Shown in pieces: positions 26,930-32,000 of a stretch of 32,000 nucleotides of DNA (the stretch's first letter is position 1; every line of letters begins with the position of its first letter). The translations under genes and the position numbers were made by a program. The notes under the pieces are model-generated. The model was not told where the DNA came from. It saw nothing but the letters and a program-made list of their open reading frames with translations, and made no database searches. Source of the DNA: Promethearchaeota archaeon (GTDB taxonomy: Archaea > Asgardarchaeota > Lokiarchaeia > Sigyniarchaeales > Promethearchaeaceae); contig JAFGBS010000008.1 of the NCBI GenBank assembly GCA_016933055.1, positions 30,001 to 62,000 of the forward strand. The letters run 5' to 3'.

Positions 26930-28117
26930 ATGAATGCATTAGACAGAGTCCACAAAACCATTGATCACGAAGAACCCGATAGAATTCCGAGTTTTGAAGC
27001 CAGTATTGATAATATTAAAATATGCCAATACTACGGAGAAAATTATGATATGGAAAGTACTGCATCTATGCAAAAGCTTCTTTATAATCTGTGTTTTGGA
27101 AATGCAAGACTTATGAATCGAATAATCAAGCGTATGGAGAAGTCTAAATACTTCACCAACATGATGGTTAGGGGTGCATCAAAATTATATCGGAAAATTG
27201 GATTGGACATCTGCGCGACACCGTTAGCATTATTTCCAACAACCTACACTAGAGAGGGGATCGTGGATGAATATGGAAGACGGATGGATTATAAACTGAA
27301 TCCCTCGGATGGCATGACAATGCTTTATTACATGGGTGGCGCTTTTGATACATTTGAGGAATATCAAGAATATCCCTCCCTGGATCCCGACCTAGAACTC
27401 CGAGAAAGATTGTTTCGAGCGGGAAAACAATTAGAAAAGGAATACGATTATGAAATTTTCATGATTCCCGCTATTATGGGGATGATGGAAGCTACTTGGG
27501 AGGGATTTGGGCTTCAAAACTTCAGTAAATTACTTGCACATCCTTCTCAAGCGAAACGAGTGTTTGATGATCGTGGAAAATTTGCAGTGGAAATGGTAAA
27601 ACGAATTCTAGAGTGGGGTGAGGAGACTGCTTTATTGATATACGACGATTATGGATACAAAAAAGGACTTTTTATGAGACCTCGCAATTATCGGGAATAT
27701 GTAATTCCATGGTTGAAAAGAATTTGTGATACTGCTCATAAAGGTGGAGTAAAAGTATTATTACATTCTTGCGGGGATAACTACAAACTGCTAGATGATA
27801 TTATTAATGCCGGAGTGGATGCATTACACCCTATAGAACCCACAACTGCGAACCCTGAATATGATATTTTCAAATTGAATGAAAAATATGGGGAAAGGTT
27901 GTGTTTTGTCGGAAATGTTAGCCCTCAAGATTTGTCTGACAAAGAACCTGATTATATTCGCGCTTACACAAAAAAGTTGATTAAAAAGGTAGCTCCTGGA
28001 GGAGGATTTATTCTCAGTTCTGGTCATAGCATCAATCCCGCCGTAAAATTAGAAAATTTTCTCGCTATGCGGGAAACGCTTGCAAAATATGGAAACTATC
28101 CCATCACTATGGAATAA
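26930..28117 (+). CDS. Uroporphyrinogen decarboxylase (URO-D)/MtaA-CmuA family protein
   Basis: NALDRV...HEEPDRIP, YDDYG, LLHSCGD, DALHPIEP, GNVSPQ, GGGFILSSGHSI motifs. Confidence 0.88.
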   Translation: MNALDRVHKTIDHEEPDRIPSFEASIDNIKICQYYGENYDMESTASMQKLLYNLCFGNARLMNRIIKRMEKSKYFTNMMVRGASKLYRKIGLDICATPLALFPTTYTREGIVDEYGRRMDYKLNPSDGMTMLYYMGGAFDTFEEYQEYPSLDPDLELRERLFRAGKQLEKEYDYEIFMIPAIMGMMEATWEGFGLQNFSKLLAHPSQAKRVFDDRGKFAVEMVKRILEWGEETALLIYDDYGYKKGLFMRPRNYREYVIPWLKRICDTAHKGGVKVLLHSCGDNYKLLDDIINAGVDALHPIEPTTANPEYDIFKLNEKYGERLCFVGNVSPQDLSDKEPDYIRAYTKKLIKKVAPGGGFILSSGHSINPAVKLENFLAMRETLAKYGNYPITME

Positions 28118-28123
28118 TATTGC

Positions 28124-28609
28124 CTATCTTTTTAAAGTGAATAGGCAACTTACTTTTCCTTGTTTTTCATAATATCGTTGGTGATAGTCTTCAGCTTCCC
28201 AAAAAGTAGTTGCAGGTACAAGTTGTGTAGCTATGGGTTTTTTAAATGCTTCAGATTCTGTCAATCGTTTTATAATTTCTTCAGCTTTTTTTTTTTGTTT
28301 TTCATTATGATAAAATATTACCGATCGATATTGAGTCCCGATATCAACACCTTGACGATTTACTTGAGTCGGATCATGAACTTCAAAGAATATGTTGAGT
28401 AAATCCTCGTAACTTATCAAATCAGGATTATAAGTAATTTCCACTGCTTCTGCGTGACCGGTCTTATCAGTGCAGACTTCTTTATAGGTAGGTTTATCTG
28501 TTCTTCCACCCGTATATCCTACACGCGTGAAGAGCACGCCCTTATATTCTCTAAAACGGGCTTCCACACCCCAGAAGCAGCCACCACCAAATGTTGCTTT
28601 TTCTTCCAT
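28124..28609 (-). CDS. msrA: Peptide methionine-S-sulfoxide reductase
   Basis: GGGCFWG, VGYTGG, TGHAEAV, HDPTQVNRQGVDIGTQYRS, AEDYHQRY, C-terminal Cys. Start moved to ATG 28609; CTTATATAG box at 28636-28644 lies upstream of it. Confidence 0.97.
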   Translation of the reverse strand: MEEKATFGGGCFWGVEARFREYKGVLFTRVGYTGGRTDKPTYKEVCTDKTGHAEAVEITYNPDLISYEDLLNIFFEVHDPTQVNRQGVDIGTQYRSVIFYHNEKQKKKAEEIIKRLTESEAFKKPIATQLVPATTFWEAEDYHQRYYEKQGKVSCLFTLKR

Positions 28610-28711
28610 TATAATCAAATGAATTGAATATACCACTATATAAGATGCTTTGGGCAAACAAATAAAGGAACAACCAAGAGAGAACCTTAAAAAAATAGGT
28701 TAGGTGTGAGA

Positions 28712-29095
28712 TTACGCATATTTCCGTAAATCCTCACCGCAAAGTTCGCAAAAATTGTTTGCGTCTCCTAATATTCCCCCACAATTAGGACAGAATTTTA
28801 ATTCACTATTTGTATTTTTTTCAGAAGTTAATTTAGATTCTTGAGTGGAGGGCTTTGCTTCCGTTTCAATAATGATTCTTTCTGTTTCGTGCACATGTAC
28901 TTGTTGAGGAGGTCCAGTTACGGAAACACGTGAACCACAGATCGTGCATTTATCTTCGGGTTTACTTAGATTCACTAACAAACAGATAACACCCGGAAGT
29001 ACACCGCAACAGAAAGCTAAAATGATAAGTACGATATCCCAATCCCGTTCTGTATACACATATTTTTGGCAATGAGGACAATAACCTTGTGTTAT
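28712..29095 (-). CDS. LITAF-like Zn-knuckle membrane protein with C-terminal double zinc ribbon
   Basis: Frame is open upstream of GTG 29059 and reads TQGYCPHCQKYVYT...hydrophobic...KCTICG, then CPNCG...CELCG. AGGTGG at 29102-29107 precedes ATA 29095; start codon uncertain. Confidence 0.6.
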   Translation of the reverse strand: MTQGYCPHCQKYVYTERDWDIVLIILAFCCGVLPGVICLLVNLSKPEDKCTICGSRVSVTGPPQQVHVHETERIIIETEAKPSTQESKLTSEKNTNSELKFCPNCGGILGDANNFCELCGEDLRKYA

Positions 29096-29234
29096 TTCTA
29101 TCCACCTAGTTTTTCGAGTATTATGAATTATATAGATTTTTTCTATATTATATATACGGCATTCCTATATTTAGTATTATCAGCATAAAGAACATCAAAA
29201 AACCTAATCTAAAAGGAAAAAATAATAAGTGGAT

Positions 29235-30668
29235 TTAATCGTTTTGTACATATTTTCCCGTATATTCTTCCACTTTTTCTTTTGAAATGTTCGCTTCTCC
29301 GCCTTTAATAAAGAATAGGATGATGAATGCGACCATAAGACATAGAAATAGGTATGGGAATAGGATGATAAATCTAAGTTCGGTTTGTGTCGGCCATACA
29401 TATCTTCCGAATAATTGTAAAATCCCACCAACAATAATCGGGCTTAAAGTATAGGCTAGTTGGTTAAATGTATAGTATATCCCCGTATAAGAACCCACCT
29501 GACCTTCTGGTGCTAATGCCCATACCACGGGAAAAGTATTTACTATGACCCCCATCCAAAAAATCCCCACAAGAACAAAATTAATTAATAGATAGACAAA
29601 AGTCCCATCTCTCGCTTGTGGGATAGAAAAAACGATCATAATAATCAATAAGAATAATAGAATTCCCATGTCAATTTTTATGGCTCGTTTTCTCCCGATC
29701 TTTTGACCAATTACGCCATGGAAATACGCGGTGAGAATCATCGAAAGGGAATACGCGATTAAATAAATGGAGTACTCTGCTGGTTCTAATCCCAAGAAAA
29801 ATTCTGCAAATGATGAGAAGAATGTTTCTACACTACCAAATGCAAGATAAGTAAAGAAAACAAACAATAAAGTAAAAACCATACTTTTATCTTTTTGGTT
29901 AAAAATATTTCCAATAGTCTTGAGTACTGGCATTCGCTTCTCTTCTTTTTTATCCTGGGTTAGGTGGAATGTTTCGGGATTTATAGCAAGTTCACTCTTT
30001 GAAAAACTTAAAATCCCCTTACTCGTGGGAGTTTCTTTTATAATAAAAATGAAAAGTATCAGAAAAACTAGCATCAATCCAGCAACTATGGGAAAGCCTA
30101 TTTTATCCAACTGTTCTTCACTAAAACCGAGAAAACTGACCACCATTGGAATTGCAAACCCAATTGCTCCGCCTAGATTTGCAATGAACTGCTGTATTCC
30201 ACTCGCCTTAGCTCGTAATTCTTCGGATGTATAATCGGGTACAATAATTATAGAAGCAGTTCGATACAGAGACATGGCCAGATCAAACAGAAAGATAATA
30301 ACAATTAATCCCCACACTACTTTCATATATGGGAAAAATACAAATAAAACCGCGGAAATCAGCGCTCCTGCAAAAATATAAGGCACTCTCCTCCCAAATC
30401 TGCTTTTCGTACGATCTGAGAGTGCTCCAAAAAAGGGGTGTACCAGTACTGCTAATATATTATCAATAGCCATGATAAAACCAATGGCAATATCTCCTTC
30501 TTCAAAAAATTGATACAGCAATAACGGGACCCGTATATTGAAAAAAGACCATGCCAAAAGAACAATAGTAAATGCAAAAGAGAGCAGAATTGTGCGACCG
30601 TAATTCAATTTTTTCGGAACATTCGGTCGCATACGCGCTACTCCGACAGAATGAGATGAATTTGACAT
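29235..30668 (-). CDS. MFS transporter, SLC45/sucrose-maltose-like GPH subgroup
   Basis: GALSDRTKSRFGRRVPY, DYTSEELRAKASG, GQKIGRKR, GSYTGIYY; about 12 TM; TTTTAAA box at 30691-30697 upstream. Confidence 0.9.
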   Translation of the reverse strand: MSNSSHSVGVARMRPNVPKKLNYGRTILLSFAFTIVLLAWSFFNIRVPLLLYQFFEEGDIAIGFIMAIDNILAVLVHPFFGALSDRTKSRFGRRVPYIFAGALISAVLFVFFPYMKVVWGLIVIIFLFDLAMSLYRTASIIIVPDYTSEELRAKASGIQQFIANLGGAIGFAIPMVVSFLGFSEEQLDKIGFPIVAGLMLVFLILFIFIIKETPTSKGILSFSKSELAINPETFHLTQDKKEEKRMPVLKTIGNIFNQKDKSMVFTLLFVFFTYLAFGSVETFFSSFAEFFLGLEPAEYSIYLIAYSLSMILTAYFHGVIGQKIGRKRAIKIDMGILLFLLIIMIVFSIPQARDGTFVYLLINFVLVGIFWMGVIVNTFPVVWALAPEGQVGSYTGIYYTFNQLAYTLSPIIVGGILQLFGRYVWPTQTELRFIILFPYLFLCLMVAFIILFFIKGGEANISKEKVEEYTGKYVQND

Positions 30669-30721
30669 GAACTATAATTTGTAGTTAATCTTTAAAAGCA
30701 CTCTGTTTCAGATTTATCCCG

Positions 30722-31561
30722 TTAAAGTATAATTTCAGGGGTTTTTAATGTGTCCTTATCGGTCACAATAACATAATCCCGATCACGGATATGAGTAACG
30801 GGATAATCATCCCCAGGTATACCAAATAACGCCAACCTTAAAACTGTGTTAGCCCAATCGAATCCAATTCCGTTTCTGCAATACAATCGAATGTGTCTAG
30901 ATGTCAAAATTTGACGCATTCCTATCGTGTAGGCATGGTGAGGAAAACCTTCTAAATTTCCTCCCACTTGCGCTCGAATCGCGTTAATTGTAACCGTATA
31001 CGCATTCAAATTTGCGAGATGAGGATTGGAATGGATTACTCCCAGACCGGGTTCATTAAATGCAATATGGCCGTGAATACCGATTCCCCCATAACATGTA
31101 TCAATTCCCCCCGATTTAATCCATCCCGCTAAATTCTCTATATTTGTCTCATCCGGAAAATGAATTCGTTTGGGATCTGGTCGTAATTTATTCTCAATCC
31201 GGTCTAAAAATAATTTATGGGCACTACCTTTGAAACTTAATGGATGATCTTGCGGAAGTACTTTTCCTTCATCGTCAGCGTATTCGTCCATGAAAAATAA
31301 TGTGCAGTTATTTAATGATAACTGTTCAGAGTTGATCATTTCTGCTAAAAGGGGGTATTGTTCGGTAGGACCAACAGGTAAAATCAATCGAGTTGAATTT
31401 TTCTTGTCATTATGTTCTTGAATTTCGTTAAACACATCTTTGGCAAACTGTTTGTACAAATTTTCCACGCCATCACACACAATTAGTTTCTCACCCGCTT
31501 TCTCCATTACCTCTTCAACAGTGAGTGTTAATAAATTGTGAATTTCATCTTTGCGATTCAT
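30722..31561 (-). CDS. Glucosamine-6-phosphate deaminase/isomerase (NagB) family protein
   Basis: ILPVGPT, FMDEY, GGIGIHGHIAFNEP (Asp/His/Glu catalytic positions of NagB present), AYTIGM; exact substrate not certain. Confidence 0.82.
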   Translation of the reverse strand: MNRKDEIHNLLTLTVEEVMEKAGEKLIVCDGVENLYKQFAKDVFNEIQEHNDKKNSTRLILPVGPTEQYPLLAEMINSEQLSLNNCTLFFMDEYADDEGKVLPQDHPLSFKGSAHKLFLDRIENKLRPDPKRIHFPDETNIENLAGWIKSGGIDTCYGGIGIHGHIAFNEPGLGVIHSNPHLANLNAYTVTINAIRAQVGGNLEGFPHHAYTIGMRQILTSRHIRLYCRNGIGFDWANTVLRLALFGIPGDDYPVTHIRDRDYVIVTDKDTLKTPEIIL

Positions 31562-31565
31562 AGTT

Positions 31566-32000
31566 TCAGATCCCTAACATCTTTGATATGTTGCCGGAAA
31601 ATATCAGTTTTTGTGTTTTTTCACTTACCTTATATTTCTCCAATCTATTTTTATCTTCCTGCAAAATCTTTGGAATCTTCTCATAATAGACATCGGTTCC
31701 GAATACCACTTTTTTCCATGCATCTTTCCACCACAGATATTTGTCCATACCCTCCACATCCGCTCGAGAGCGCCATCCTTTCGCCTCACCCGTGAGATCT
31801 ACATACACATTGGATCTCATTCGGCATAATTCAGCTGCATCCTTATTCCAATGCACTCCTAAATGAGCAAGTATTATATTAAGATCTGGGAACTCATTTG
31901 CAATTGGTTCCAATCGCATGGGGTGCATATACCATGAGTTGATTAGCTCCCCCCGTGGATTTCCAGTATAGGTAATTACTCCTGTATGGAATAATATCGG
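31566..32000 (-). CDS. Amidohydrolase family 2 protein, 5'-partial (runs off the window)
   Basis: Frame is open to 32000: PILFHTG...MHPMRLEPIANEFPDLNIILAHLG...NVYVDLTG...VVFGTDV; 4-nt gap to the NagB-like start. Confidence 0.88.
   Translation of the reverse strand, partial: PILFHTGVITYTGNPRGELINSWYMHPMRLEPIANEFPDLNIILAHLGVHWNKDAAELCRMRSNVYVDLTGEAKGWRSRADVEGMDKYLWWKDAWKKVVFGTDVYYEKIPKILQEDKNRLEKYKVSEKTQKLIFSGNISKMLGI

Noticed and set aside
1133-31829. The many 60-170 aa shadow ORFs in the track (for example 1133-1342, 4151-4441, 7471-7779, 18007-18510, 26108-26494, 29920-30234)
   Set aside because: They are antisense or alternate-frame overlaps of well-supported genes with no motifs of their own
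1-32000. CRISPR arrays, tRNA/rRNA, IS elements, prophage or defence genes
   Set aside because: No spaced direct repeats, cloverleaf-like segments, transposase, integrase or nuclease motifs were seen by eye; tRNAscan and CRISPR finders were not run

Overview
AT-rich prokaryotic window, densely coding (about 29 genes on both strands). I saw no rRNA, tRNA, CRISPR array, transposase or integrase. TATA-like boxes about 23-35 nt upstream of many start codons, oligo-T tracts after genes, a Ras-like fold remnant, a NosD-type surface protein and a URO-D family enzyme suggest an archaeon, probably Asgard (Lokiarchaeia-like). This taxonomy is inference, not a database result. Content from left to right: (1) a + strand run (67-7900) of UbiA-type polyprenyl-phosphate phosphoribosyltransferase, DUF362 protein, GtrA flippase, a 1018-aa fusion of a degenerate PlsY-like membrane domain to a complete RPH/PPDK-type phosphotransferase, and a MacB/LolCDE-type ABC pair; (2) scattered housekeeping, redox and repair genes (two SDRs, flavodoxin, ICMT-like, HGSNAT-like, PhzF, an NnrE interrupted by an in-frame TGA, LOG family, glnA); (3) a 641-aa membrane-anchored protein whose N-terminus looks like a circularly permuted, motif-degenerate small-GTPase fold, followed by coiled-coil, polyproline, a beta domain and a hydrophobic tail; (4) beta-helix surface protein, GNAT, GH16, epimerase, GH63-like hydrolase, acyl-CoA dehydrogenase, URO-D family, msrA, a LITAF-like Zn protein apparently needing a non-canonical start, and an amidohydrolase-NagB-MFS unit cut by the window end. 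The best candidates for new biology are the PlsY-like/RPH-like fusion with its lipid-glycosylation neighbourhood and the permuted pseudo-GTPase. All family assignments come from motif recognition by eye.
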